From contig CAWHDR010000001.1 in assembly GCA_963828165.1 (NCBI GenBank), positions 2,112,001 through 2,176,000 on the forward strand: DNA of 64,000 bases, written 5' to 3'. The notes beneath the pieces are model-generated. The model worked only from the letters and a program-made list of their open reading frames with translations, searched no databases and was not told the origin of the DNA. The first letter of the stretch is position 1. Each line of letters opens with the position of its first letter. This stretch comes from an uncultured Chloroflexia bacterium (lineage in GTDB: Bacteria > Chloroflexota > Limnocylindria > Limnocylindrales > CSP1-4). The position numbers and the translations under genes are program-made. Of the stretch, positions 1 to 9,957 are shown piece by piece.

Positions 1-90
1 TACTACCTCGCGCTCAGCGAGGCGGGCTTCGCTACCGGCATCAGCCAGGATCTCCAGATCGTGTTGGAGAAGCGGCGCGGGATCGGCTGA
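1..90 (+). CDS. 3' end of a probable cyclopropane-fatty-acyl-phospholipid synthase / SAM methyltransferase (partial)
   Basis: Frame 1 reads YYLALSEAGFATGISQDLQIVLEKRRGIG*, resembling the Cfa C-terminal YYLxxxEAGF motif. Confidence 0.5.
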   Translation, partial: YYLALSEAGFATGISQDLQIVLEKRRGIG

Positions 91-112
91 CCCGTTGGGT
101 CGACAGGGCGAC

Positions 113-946
113 CTAATCCGCGGGCGCGTCGAGGAATGACAGTGTGACCGTTGCGAACAGTGGCGATCCGCCCAGGTTGTAGTGCTGCAGACCCGGCAGG
201 ATCGCGAGGGCGTGCCCGCCCTTCGGCCGGTTCTCGCCCATCCAGCCGCCGTCGCGCAGCCCGCCGTCGAGCAGCTTGAAGATCTCGACCGCATGGCTTG
301 GCGGCGCCATGTCCGCATCGGCGTGGACGATGAGCGTGGGCACCTTCAGCGCCTTGATCACGTCGGTGTGGTCGTAGTCCTCCTTCATCATCTCGCCGAT
401 CTTGTCGAGCAGCTGGCCGAAGTCCTCGGGGCGCGGCGCGACCTTCATGTAGAGCTGGTACATCGGCGTGTCCTTCATGAACTCGGCCGCCGCGGCGTTC
501 ACCACGACCTGCTGCGCGCGAAGGGCCGGGTCGATGTCGTTCGGGGTGAGGTTCTGCGAGGCCGCAACGAGCTTGCCGACCTTGTCGGGGTACTTTGCGG
601 CGGTCTTCGCCGCGACGCCGCCGCCGAGCGAGTAGCCGACGATGTCCGGCTTGTCGAGCCCAAGATGGTCGATGAGGGCCGCGATGTCGTCGGCCATGAG
701 CTCGATGTCGAGGGGCCGATCGATGTCGGCGGTCCGTCCGTGTCCCTGGAGGTCCGGGGCGATGACCTGGTGGTTCGCCGCCAGGATGGGGATGATCGGG
801 CCGAACATCTCGCTTGACGCGAGCCCGCCGTGCAGCAGGATCAGCGGCCGCCCGGTGCCGTGGGTCTCGTAGTACATATGGAGGCCGTTGACGTCGGCGT
901 ACTCACCGGTGCCCATGGTCTCGCTGGTCCAGTCGATCACCGTCAT
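113..946 (-). CDS. alpha/beta fold hydrolase
   Basis: LLHGG, PDLQGHGRT and GYSLGG nucleophile elbow; ATG at 946 with GAGGAGG RBS. Confidence 0.9.
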   Translation of the reverse strand: MTVIDWTSETMGTGEYADVNGLHMYYETHGTGRPLILLHGGLASSEMFGPIIPILAANHQVIAPDLQGHGRTADIDRPLDIELMADDIAALIDHLGLDKPDIVGYSLGGGVAAKTAAKYPDKVGKLVAASQNLTPNDIDPALRAQQVVVNAAAAEFMKDTPMYQLYMKVAPRPEDFGQLLDKIGEMMKEDYDHTDVIKALKVPTLIVHADADMAPPSHAVEIFKLLDGGLRDGGWMGENRPKGGHALAILPGLQHYNLGGSPLFATVTLSFLDAPAD

Positions 947-1187
947 CGCGGTCCTCCTCGGGGATGTCGTCTTGGCATCACGATACCCATTAGACCGGGA
1001 TGGGACGCCGAACTCATCGGTCGCGATGCGCAAGAGGCTCACGCCCGCCGTCTTGGATCGCCCATTTGCCGGATGGGCACACATCGGCCAGCTCTACGTC
1101 GCCATAATGGTGGTCGCGGGACCGCGCGCGGGTTTCGTGGGAGCGACCGGGCCACCGGCCGTTGGGGACGTTGGGGAGGGATCCGCG

Positions 1188-4100
1188 ATGGTCGGGAGAC
1201 TGCGCCCTCGAGCGCTGGCTTTGCTTATGGTCGCCTTGGTCAGCTGGCAGGGAGGTTCGGCTCCCGCAGCGTTCGCCGCCGATCCGTCACCCGAGCACCC
1301 GCCTAGTGAGTCTGCAGGCCCATCGCCAGTTCTGCCGACGCCGCCCCCTGACGCGGAACCGTCCGCACAGCCAACGACGGCATTCCCGCCGCTCCCGGCG
1401 GGGGCTGACAGGCCGCCCGCGGGGCGCGAACTTGTGGAGCGCCGGACCGAGCGGTCGCAGACCTTCGACAACGGCGACGGAACGCTCACGACCCTGTTCT
1501 TCACGACCCCAGTCTTCTTCAAGGTGCAGGACAAGGGATCGTGGCGTCCGATCGAACTGGGGTTCCTTCCGTCCTCGGATCCCGGTCTCGCAGCGATCTC
1601 GGATCGTGCCCCAACATCCGTCGCGGTCGCCAATGAGGCCGGCGCCGACTCGTTCCTGACGCTGCGCGCCAAGGGCCGCACGATCCGGTTTGGCCTGCCG
1701 GCCGATCTGCGGAAGGTTGCCGCGAAGACGAAGCCGACGTTCGACGGGCCGGCGGCCGATTTCGCCGACTTTCAGCCTGGTGTCGACCTGCGGATCCTCG
1801 CCGGCGCTCACGGAGCCAAATCGTTCTTCATCTGGCGGGAGCGGCCGGCCAAGACAACGATCCGATACGTTGTCGACGCTCCTGGGCTGACGCTTCGGAA
1901 GCAAGCCGATGGGTCGATCGCGATGGTCGATCCGGCCGGGACCGAGGTTGCCCGGATCCCCCGCCCGTTCGCTGTCGACTCCACGAAAGATGCGTTCGCC
2001 GGCTCCGGGCGTTTCACGGAGAAGGTGAGCCTGGCCATCGCCAAGGACGGCCGGACCGTAACCATCTCTGTCGATCCGGATTGGCTGGCAGCAGCGGAGT
2101 TCCCGGTTCACGTTGATCCCTCGACGGGCTGGGTCTATAACGCCGGGACCAATGCATACGGCGACGCACACGTCGCTTCGAACTACCCCACGTTGAACTT
2201 CGATGATTACCAGCGCCCGGACTCGCCCTTCTATCATGAGCTCTGGAATGGCACGGACCCGTCTGGGACCTCGGGCACGAGCTACGACTTCCTTCGGTGG
2301 GACCTGAGCGCTATCAACAACTCCACCATCGACTCCGCGAGCCTGGCCCTCGTTCCCTATCACCAGTACTACAACGCTCCGACCCAGGAGACCACGTACG
2401 CTCGACGGGTCACCAGCAGCTGGACAGAGAGCGGCGTCACCTGGAACGCCAAGCCGACGTACACCACGACCGGGACCGCGACACAGGGATGCGTCGAAGG
2501 TAACTGGTGTACTTGGGCAGTCACATCGATCGTCCAGGTCTGGGCGACGACGCCCAGCACCAACTTCGGATTCCAGATCGATACCATCGGCAAGAACAGC
2601 ACGTTCTGGAAGCGATTCATCGCAAGCGAGCAGGGGGGCACCAATCGTCCCAGGCTCAGCGTCACGTACCACACCCCGACAGCATCGCCGGCGACTCCCA
2701 CGGGCTGGCGCAACAGCAGGGCCCTCGCCTGGACGTATGCGGATACCAGCGGTCATGCCGGATCGCACTACGAATTCGACGTCGACACCGACGCAAACTT
2801 CGCCGCCCCCTTGACGCACGACGGGGCCGCTGTCGCAGGCGCCGGAACGACCGCATCGATCCCGACCAGCGTCACGCTGACCTCCGGGACCACCTATCAC
2901 TGGCGTGTTCGAGTGAAGGACGGGACGAGCTGGTCGCCGTGGGCCACCCGCACGTTCCAATGGGATGCGACGGCACCTACAGGGACGATCTCGCTCAACG
3001 GCGGTGCAGCGTATGCCACGTCGAGCACGGTGACGGCCACGCTTTCGATGAGCGACGCCCATTCCGGCCCCAGCCAGATGCGGTTCTCGACAAATGGTGG
3101 CACGAGCTGGTCGGCGTTCGAACCTTACGCCACGAGCAAGGCCTGGGCCCTCCCCGCGGGCGACGGTCCGAAGACCCTCAGCGTGCAGTTCCAGGACGCT
3201 GCCACGAACACGAGCGCGACCTACTCGGACGCGCTGACGGTCGATACGGTCAACCCGCTCGGGACCATCTCGATCAACGGTGGTGCGGTGTCGACGAACA
3301 CGACATCCGTCACCCTGAACGTCACGGCGAGTGATGCCACGTCGGGCGTTGCCGCGACCCACTCGTCGAACGACGGCACGACCTGGACCCTCGTCACTGG
3401 AACAACCGTGCCGTGGACGCTCACGACGGGCGATGGCACGAAGACGGTCTACCACCGCGTGACCGATGGTGCCGGCCGGACCACGACCGTGACCGACACG
3501 ATCCTGCTTGCTTCGGACAGTACGCCGCCAGGCGCGCCGTCCCAGCCCGACCTCGTCGCGGCTTCGGACACCGGCGCGTCCTCGACCGACAACATTACGA
3601 ACGACGCAACGCCCACGTTCACGGGAACGGCCGAGGCTGACAGCACGGTCACGATCCATGACGGCCCGACTGCGGTCGGGTCTGGGCTCGCTTCGGGCGG
3701 GGTCTACACCGTCACGACTTCAAGCCTGCCGAACGGGGTTCGTTCGATCACGGCGACTGCCACGGACGCCTCCAACAACACCGGACCGTCATCGACGGCA
3801 CTGAGCGTGACGATCGACACCACGTCGCCCGCCGTGCCATCCACGCCAGATCTCGACGCCGCGTCCGACAGCGGCTCATCGACCACCGACAACGTCACGA
3901 CCGACACCACGCCGACCTTGTCGGGCACGGCCGAGGCGGGCACCACGGTCTCCCTCCTCGACGGTGCGACGCCATCGGGCTCCGGCACCGCGACCGCTGG
4001 CGCGTGGACGATCACAGCGTCCGTGCTATCGGATGGTTCCCACGCGCTGACTGTCCGAGCAACCGACACGGCTGGTAACCAGAGCGGTGTCTCGTCGGCC

Positions 4101-7100
4101 CTGTCCGTCACGGTCGATACCATCGCGCCGACGGCCCCCACCGGTCTCGACCTCGCGGCTGCGTCCGACTCGGGCAGTTCTTCCACCGACAACATCACGA
4201 CGGACACAACGCCGACGTTGACCGGTGTGGCCGAGGCCGGAACCACCGTGTCTCTCCTCGACGGAGCGGCGCCGGTCGGTTCCGCAACCGCGACCGGCGG
4301 CGCATGGACGATCACCTCGTCGGCCCTGTCCAGCGCCGCTCACACGTTTACGACAAGGGCGACCGACACCGCGGGAAACCTCGGCCCAGCGTCGACCACG
4401 CTCGTGGTCACGATCGACGCCGTCGCTCCCTCAGCGGACTACACGACCCCGAACGAGGCAACGACGATCGCGATCAGCGCATCGAGTTACGGCGTTGGCT
4501 GGAGTGAGAACGGAACCGGTTCCACCGTTGCGACGCGTTCGCTCCAACGCAGGAGCGGGACGGTCGTGACGCCCGGGACCTGCGCCGGCGTCTCCTTCGC
4601 CACCGACGGTTCGCCGGTGAGTACCACGTCGCCGGTCACCTCGAGCGGCCTGACCACGGAACGGTGCTATCAATGGGTGCAGACCCTCACGGATACGGCT
4701 GGCAATAGTGCGCCGATTTCGAGCGGATTCGTCATCGTCGGGGCGGCGGGGCCGTCATCGGAGTTCACCACCCCCAACGAGAGCACGACGAGCCGGCAGT
4801 ACACGACCGGCTATACGGTCGACTGGATCGAATCCGGGCCTGTGGCGACAAGCCGCTCATTGCAGCGGCAACGCGCGGCGATCGCCACGGCCGGCTCATG
4901 CGCCGGACTGACCTTCGCAGACGACGGAGCGCCGATCACCACGGCGGCGCCGGTCGTCGTGACCGGGCTCGCCGGTGGCTACTGCTACCAATGGACGCAA
5001 ACGCTCACCGCCGGCACCAGCAGCACGGCAACCAGTGGAACCGTCCTCATCGACGTCACGCCGCCGACCGTCACCGTCGGAACCCCGGCCGTCGATGTCA
5101 TCCAAGCAGCCACGAACCTGACCGTGAGTTGGACGGAGGCGGACGTTCACGCAGGCGTGGTCAACCGCACCGTCCAGCGCGAGGTTGGCCTTCCGATCGA
5201 GCCGGGTACTTGCACCGGTGTCATATGGGCCTCAGATGGGCCGACGAGCGTGAACGCCTCGCCCCTCGGCGCCACCGGGCTCGTGTCTGGGCGGTGCTAC
5301 CGCTGGGTCATCACGGTGAACGACCGGGCCGGCAATGGATACGCACAGCCGACCGGCCTCGTCCTGGTGGATACGTCTGCTCCGGACGTGTCCTGGACGG
5401 CGCCGGCGGGCCCCCCGCCGGTGGCCCACGGCGCGACCGCGATCGACGTCGACTGGATCGCGACGGACGCCGCGGCCGGCCTGACGAGCACCTCGATCCA
5501 GCGTGAGGCCGCTGCCCCGTCGGGCGGCGGCTGCCCCGCGAACGGTTGGACGAACGACGGATCCGCCGCGACGACCGTACCTCCGCTGCATGTCGAAGGC
5601 CTCCAGCCGTCAACCTGTTATCGCTGGGTCCTCACCGCGTCTGACGCGGCGAACAACATCCGGGTCTCGACATCACCGACGGTCCTGACCAGCGCCGCGC
5701 TCATCGAATCGTCCGCGCCCGGCGACACGGTCTTCGAGATCGAACCCGTCGATGCATCGCTGGACGGCTCGATCTCCGTCGCGAGCGTCGAACTCCTCGT
5801 CGACGGGGCGACCGTCGGCTCCGATGCGGCGACCCCGTTCACGATCCCGTGGACGACGACCGGCCTGACCGATGGCCATCACACTCTCGCGCTCCGAGCG
5901 CAGCTCGTGGGCGGGGGATCCGTCACCTCCGCTCCCGTATCCGTCCAGGTCGACAACGCACTATCCGCGGCCGAGCGGGTGCTCGCCGACGACACCAAGG
6001 GCCGGCTCACGCCTGACGAGTTCGCCCTCTACGGCGTGTACGCGGTCGGGTCCGTCTGGTCGCTACCGCCGCGCTATCAATCGGATACCGCGTCGAAAGG
6101 ATTCGTTGATGATGCGCAATTCACCGCCAACCTCGAAGACCTCGAGCCGGCGACCCAGAATGAGATCAACGCCTTTCTTGCCCAGCCCTACCGAGGCGAA
6201 GGCTATCAGCCGCCGCCGAATGCGCCCTTCGAGGAGCGCGACCACCAGTGGGTGGACTGCTTCGACACGCTCATCCTCGTCCGCTGCGAGCGCGAGTACG
6301 ACCACTTCACCCTCTATTACGGCCAACCGAGCGACACTGACTCGACCCGCGTCGGGACCGCCGACACGCTCGACGACAGCCTCCTCGCGAACAGCGGCCC
6401 AGATGGCGTCCCCGACTACATCAACAAGCTCGGCATCGAGCTCGAGCGCGCGCGAATCCAGTACGCGGCGATGGGCTATCAGCAGGTCGGTGACCGGATC
6501 AGCGTCTACCTGAACGCCGGTGTCCTCTGCCCCGAGACTCGGGAATGCGCTCACGCGGATGGCAACATCTACGTACCTCCGACCACGAACCGGCCGTACT
6601 ACACCGCCAGACACGAGTTGTTCCATCGCTTCCAAGCCAACTACCTCGACAAGCTGGTCGTCGACTATTGGTTCTGGTTCGAAGGAAGCGCTGAGTGGGC
6701 TACCAAGATCCTCAATACGGCCGAGCGTCCCGGCCCCGAATACGCGGGCAGCCTCGTCCCGTATCTGAAGTCGCGAAACGAACCGCTCACCAAGAACGAG
6801 GATGGCCGCAAGTACGGCACCTGGCTCTTTGCGACGTACCTCCAACAACGGTTCGGGTCGGATTTCATCCATAAGACTTGGGACACGGACGGCGAATTCT
6901 GGGACGTCGTTTCGCAGGCGGCCGCAGCGGAGCCGAATGCGGCGACGCTTGAGGAGATCCTCCTGGACTACGCCGAGAGCGCCTACCTCTTCGATTTCGC
7001 GAATGAGCCCGACTTTGCTGACTGGCGCGAAGACAGGCTCAACCACGACGATCCTGTCGAGCCTGAAGTCCACGGGGACGCGGTCAATCCCAACGGAAGG

Positions 7101-8933
7101 CCCCACACGTCGATACCGGTCGCCCCCGGAGGGGCGCCCGCCTGGGGCGTCGTCGCGGTCCACCCAAGCGGCTTCGACAGCCTTGAATTCGTGCCGCCTC
7201 CCAACACCTTTGGGACGATCAAGATCGACGTGTTCCAGGCAGACGCCCTTCAGGTGTCCGCAAAGCTCATGCGCATGGGTGCGTACCCGACCAACGTGAC
7301 GCCGCCCGATGGGCCGATCGCACCGGTGTGTGATACCACTACGCTCAATTTCCCGACCGATCCGGCACAAACCGTGCCCGGCCCCGCCGCCGACCCGATC
7401 GAGTGGGGCCACGCCGAGGTGGAGATCGCCATCAACCCGGCGTGCCCCTATGCGGCATTGGTCCTTGCCCACACCCTCGGAGAGGGCGACGTCAAGCCGA
7501 TCTGGTACACCGCCACGTTCGTCGAGGACGCCCGCCGCATCGACGACTTCAACCGGCAATACACGGCGACGGCGACGTCCGACAGCTACGGCGTCTCGTC
7601 CTCCGGTGAGCCGTGGATCGGCGCAGGCATCGAGGCCCTTGGGTCGCGCGGAGCTGACGGTTCATACGGGTATGTAGATGGCAGTTCGCCGACGCCCCAC
7701 ATCGAGCTCCCGGCGTCCCTACGCGGCCAAGAGTTCACGGCCACGGTTCGCTTCCGATTCAACGGTCCGCCGGCGACCACGACCTCACAGGAGTCCAGCT
7801 GGCTGTACGTCGGTGTCAGCGACATCGTCAAGCACGGCTACTTCTACGGTGAGCAATCGCCGTTCGTGGAGATCGACTTCAACAACGGCCTTTCCGAAGG
7901 CAACGGCCAAATGGGCTTGTGGGGTGGCGACGCGAACGAGGACCCCGATTGGCAAGGCGACTGGGTGTTCATCCCGACCGAGCAGGACGTCGTGGACTTC
8001 ACCTCCAGCACGTGGTACACGCTGAAGTACCACTTCGTGCCAGGCGTCAAACACGAAAGCAAGATGTGGCAGTTGGGGGACCCGGAGCCCGACTATCAGA
8101 TCTCGGACTCGATGGACTATCGATGGGCGGAGGCACCCGGCGTCCCTGGCGCAGGTCCGATCCAGGGCAAGTACCTGTGGCTCGACGTACGCGGCTTCAA
8201 CGGCCTCGCGGAAGTGGACTACCTCGATGTGGTCGGCGGCGGGGGGAACCTCGACGATTTCGAGCGAACAGTGGCGTCCGGTTGGGGCACGGCATCGAGC
8301 GCCCTGTCGTGGTCGGCCACGGGTGACACGGACACGCTCCTTGTCGACGGTTCGAACGGTGTCGTCGCTGCGCCAGCTCAGACCCTGACGATCGTCCGGC
8401 CATCCATCGATGCGCCGGTCGACAGCACGACTCCGTGGGGTGCGACTGACGCATTCACCATGACCTCACGCTTCAAGGTGGACCATGTCTACTCGAGCTC
8501 GGCGTACACGACACTGGTCTACAAGTTCGAGCGGGAGTCTCCGAGCGACGACTCTCGTTTGTTCGCGTTCGAAATCACGAATCACACGAGCCCGGGGAAC
8601 ATCTACGCGACCGCTACCAACCAAGGCGGCCAATCGAACGAGTTCTACCTACCCAAGGCCGATTGGATCGCTGACTGGTACATGATCAAGTGGGAATTGG
8701 AACCGGGCGTGTCTTCGAAGTTCAAGATCTGGCCCGAGAGTGAGCCCGAACCGGCTGCCTGGACAGGGGAGCTCGTCGACACCGGCGGGTTGAGCCTGCG
8801 CAACACGCACCACACGAGGTTCACGATCGAGGTGTGGAACAGCGCTGCCGGTCTCAACAACGCGGCGACACTCGCGAATAACGTCCGGATCGACTACATC
8901 CATTTCGAGGAGGCGGCGTCAGCTGGTCCGTGA
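1188..8933 (+). CDS. giant secreted protein: signal peptide, WapA/RHS-type N-terminal region, DNRLRE domain, Ig-like repeats, HExxH zinc metalloprotease domain, C-terminal beta-rich repeats
   Basis: ATG 1188 after GGGAGGG; hydrophobic leader; DAHV..NF..LRWDLS..W.ESGVTWN..PRLSVTY; SDTG.S..DNIT repeats; HELFH at 6612 followed by WFEGSAEW. Confidence 0.85.
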   Translation: MVGRLRPRALALLMVALVSWQGGSAPAAFAADPSPEHPPSESAGPSPVLPTPPPDAEPSAQPTTAFPPLPAGADRPPAGRELVERRTERSQTFDNGDGTLTTLFFTTPVFFKVQDKGSWRPIELGFLPSSDPGLAAISDRAPTSVAVANEAGADSFLTLRAKGRTIRFGLPADLRKVAAKTKPTFDGPAADFADFQPGVDLRILAGAHGAKSFFIWRERPAKTTIRYVVDAPGLTLRKQADGSIAMVDPAGTEVARIPRPFAVDSTKDAFAGSGRFTEKVSLAIAKDGRTVTISVDPDWLAAAEFPVHVDPSTGWVYNAGTNAYGDAHVASNYPTLNFDDYQRPDSPFYHELWNGTDPSGTSGTSYDFLRWDLSAINNSTIDSASLALVPYHQYYNAPTQETTYARRVTSSWTESGVTWNAKPTYTTTGTATQGCVEGNWCTWAVTSIVQVWATTPSTNFGFQIDTIGKNSTFWKRFIASEQGGTNRPRLSVTYHTPTASPATPTGWRNSRALAWTYADTSGHAGSHYEFDVDTDANFAAPLTHDGAAVAGAGTTASIPTSVTLTSGTTYHWRVRVKDGTSWSPWATRTFQWDATAPTGTISLNGGAAYATSSTVTATLSMSDAHSGPSQMRFSTNGGTSWSAFEPYATSKAWALPAGDGPKTLSVQFQDAATNTSATYSDALTVDTVNPLGTISINGGAVSTNTTSVTLNVTASDATSGVAATHSSNDGTTWTLVTGTTVPWTLTTGDGTKTVYHRVTDGAGRTTTVTDTILLASDSTPPGAPSQPDLVAASDTGASSTDNITNDATPTFTGTAEADSTVTIHDGPTAVGSGLASGGVYTVTTSSLPNGVRSITATATDASNNTGPSSTALSVTIDTTSPAVPSTPDLDAASDSGSSTTDNVTTDTTPTLSGTAEAGTTVSLLDGATPSGSGTATAGAWTITASVLSDGSHALTVRATDTAGNQSGVSSALSVTVDTIAPTAPTGLDLAAASDSGSSSTDNITTDTTPTLTGVAEAGTTVSLLDGAAPVGSATATGGAWTITSSALSSAAHTFTTRATDTAGNLGPASTTLVVTIDAVAPSADYTTPNEATTIAISASSYGVGWSENGTGSTVATRSLQRRSGTVVTPGTCAGVSFATDGSPVSTTSPVTSSGLTTERCYQWVQTLTDTAGNSAPISSGFVIVGAAGPSSEFTTPNESTTSRQYTTGYTVDWIESGPVATSRSLQRQRAAIATAGSCAGLTFADDGAPITTAAPVVVTGLAGGYCYQWTQTLTAGTSSTATSGTVLIDVTPPTVTVGTPAVDVIQAATNLTVSWTEADVHAGVVNRTVQREVGLPIEPGTCTGVIWASDGPTSVNASPLGATGLVSGRCYRWVITVNDRAGNGYAQPTGLVLVDTSAPDVSWTAPAGPPPVAHGATAIDVDWIATDAAAGLTSTSIQREAAAPSGGGCPANGWTNDGSAATTVPPLHVEGLQPSTCYRWVLTASDAANNIRVSTSPTVLTSAALIESSAPGDTVFEIEPVDASLDGSISVASVELLVDGATVGSDAATPFTIPWTTTGLTDGHHTLALRAQLVGGGSVTSAPVSVQVDNALSAAERVLADDTKGRLTPDEFALYGVYAVGSVWSLPPRYQSDTASKGFVDDAQFTANLEDLEPATQNEINAFLAQPYRGEGYQPPPNAPFEERDHQWVDCFDTLILVRCEREYDHFTLYYGQPSDTDSTRVGTADTLDDSLLANSGPDGVPDYINKLGIELERARIQYAAMGYQQVGDRISVYLNAGVLCPETRECAHADGNIYVPPTTNRPYYTARHELFHRFQANYLDKLVVDYWFWFEGSAEWATKILNTAERPGPEYAGSLVPYLKSRNEPLTKNEDGRKYGTWLFATYLQQRFGSDFIHKTWDTDGEFWDVVSQAAAAEPNAATLEEILLDYAESAYLFDFANEPDFADWREDRLNHDDPVEPEVHGDAVNPNGRPHTSIPVAPGGAPAWGVVAVHPSGFDSLEFVPPPNTFGTIKIDVFQADALQVSAKLMRMGAYPTNVTPPDGPIAPVCDTTTLNFPTDPAQTVPGPAADPIEWGHAEVEIAINPACPYAALVLAHTLGEGDVKPIWYTATFVEDARRIDDFNRQYTATATSDSYGVSSSGEPWIGAGIEALGSRGADGSYGYVDGSSPTPHIELPASLRGQEFTATVRFRFNGPPATTTSQESSWLYVGVSDIVKHGYFYGEQSPFVEIDFNNGLSEGNGQMGLWGGDANEDPDWQGDWVFIPTEQDVVDFTSSTWYTLKYHFVPGVKHESKMWQLGDPEPDYQISDSMDYRWAEAPGVPGAGPIQGKYLWLDVRGFNGLAEVDYLDVVGGGGNLDDFERTVASGWGTASSALSWSATGDTDTLLVDGSNGVVAAPAQTLTIVRPSIDAPVDSTTPWGATDAFTMTSRFKVDHVYSSSAYTTLVYKFERESPSDDSRLFAFEITNHTSPGNIYATATNQGGQSNEFYLPKADWIADWYMIKWELEPGVSSKFKIWPESEPEPAAWTGELVDTGGLSLRNTHHTRFTIEVWNSAAGLNNAATLANNVRIDYIHFEEAASAGP
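3516..4415 (+). repeat. three 300-bp intragenic repeats encoding Big_13-like Ig domains
   Basis: Units start at about 3516, 3816 and 4116, each P.L.AASD(T/S)G.S.TDN.T.D.TPT..G.AEA. Confidence 0.85.
4416..5690 (+). repeat. four degenerate ~105-aa Ig-like repeats with a conserved cysteine pair
   Basis: Recurrent QR...C...(F/W)..DG....GL....CY.W..T pattern. Confidence 0.7.
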
Positions 8934-8974
8934 CCTTGGTTGCGGACGACACCGGTGGCACCCATCCTTGATCC

Positions 8975-9394
8975 ATGCCGTTGGGGATCCATGGGTGGAC
9001 CGCCGCCGCCAAGCACGCCACGGTGGCGACCGGGCTTGCAATTGGCGTGGTCGCCAGTACGAGTGCGTGCCTGGACACCGGCGGTTTTACCGTTCTGGGA
9101 CGTAATGAGTCCGATCAGGACGTGATCGTCAGCATCACGGGAGATGATCCCGGATCGCTCCGGCTGCCAGCACGGACCTGGGGTCGGCTGTTCGTCTCGT
9201 TTCAGCCTCCCGCCGGCGATCTGAAGGTGTTCGACGGATCCTGCCGCCCGCTCACCTCGGTACCGTTCACGCAGCCTGATGTCACGGTTCGAATCGCGCC
9301 CGACCGTGTCGTGGAGTTGATCGGAAATCAGTGGCAGGCGCCCGAGGGCGTCCGACGCGAAGAAGGGGAGTTCCCTGCGGCGCGATGCCCGTAG
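8975..9394 (+). CDS. small putative lipoprotein
   Basis: Hydrophobic leader ending VASTSA-C; directly follows the giant gene. Confidence 0.6.
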   Translation: MPLGIHGWTAAAKHATVATGLAIGVVASTSACLDTGGFTVLGRNESDQDVIVSITGDDPGSLRLPARTWGRLFVSFQPPAGDLKVFDGSCRPLTSVPFTQPDVTVRIAPDRVVELIGNQWQAPEGVRREEGEFPAARCP

Positions 9395-9505
9395 GAGCGT
9401 TTCGCCGACTTCGCGTTCGTGTTGGGAATCGATGAGTTTCGGCGCGGTACGCCGTTACACCTCCAGATCGGCCGATCCGGACGGTCACCAGTGGAGGCTC
9501 GAACC

Positions 9506-9957
9506 ATGGACTACACGCTCGAACTCATCGTGGTCCCTGTCAGCGACGTCGATCGCGCAAAGGACTTCTACATCAACAAGGCCGGCTTTGAGCTGCTCGT
9601 CGACACGAGTGCCGGCCCGGACTTCCGCGTCGTCCAGCTCGTTCCGCCGGGGTCCGCGTGCGCGATCGCGATCGGGACAGGGATCGGCTCGATGCCGGCG
9701 GGCTCGCTCCATGGGCTGCACCTCTGCGTCAGCGACATCGAGGCGGCGCGCGAGGAGCTGTCCGGCCGTGGCGTGGAGCTGTCCGACACCTTCCACTACG
9801 GCGAGGCCGGCCAGACGCCCGGCATCGACCCCGAGCGGCGGAGCTACGCGACGTTCATGCCGTTCCAGGATCCCGACGGCAACACCTGGCTCGTCCAGGA
9901 AGTCAAGCGGGACTGGAAGGTCACGACGTCAAGATCGACGAGGAGGCCGCCGCGTGA
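9506..9957 (+). CDS. VOC/glyoxalase family protein (apparent 1-nt frameshift near 9910)
   Basis: LELIVVPVSDVDRAKDFY...FQDPDGNTWLVQE; alternative-frame tail EGHDVKIDEEAAA* ends in a GTGA overlap with the sigma gene. Confidence 0.8.

Noticed and set aside
1188-8933. RHS polymorphic toxin
   Set aside because: No YD repeats and no PxxxxDPxG core motif
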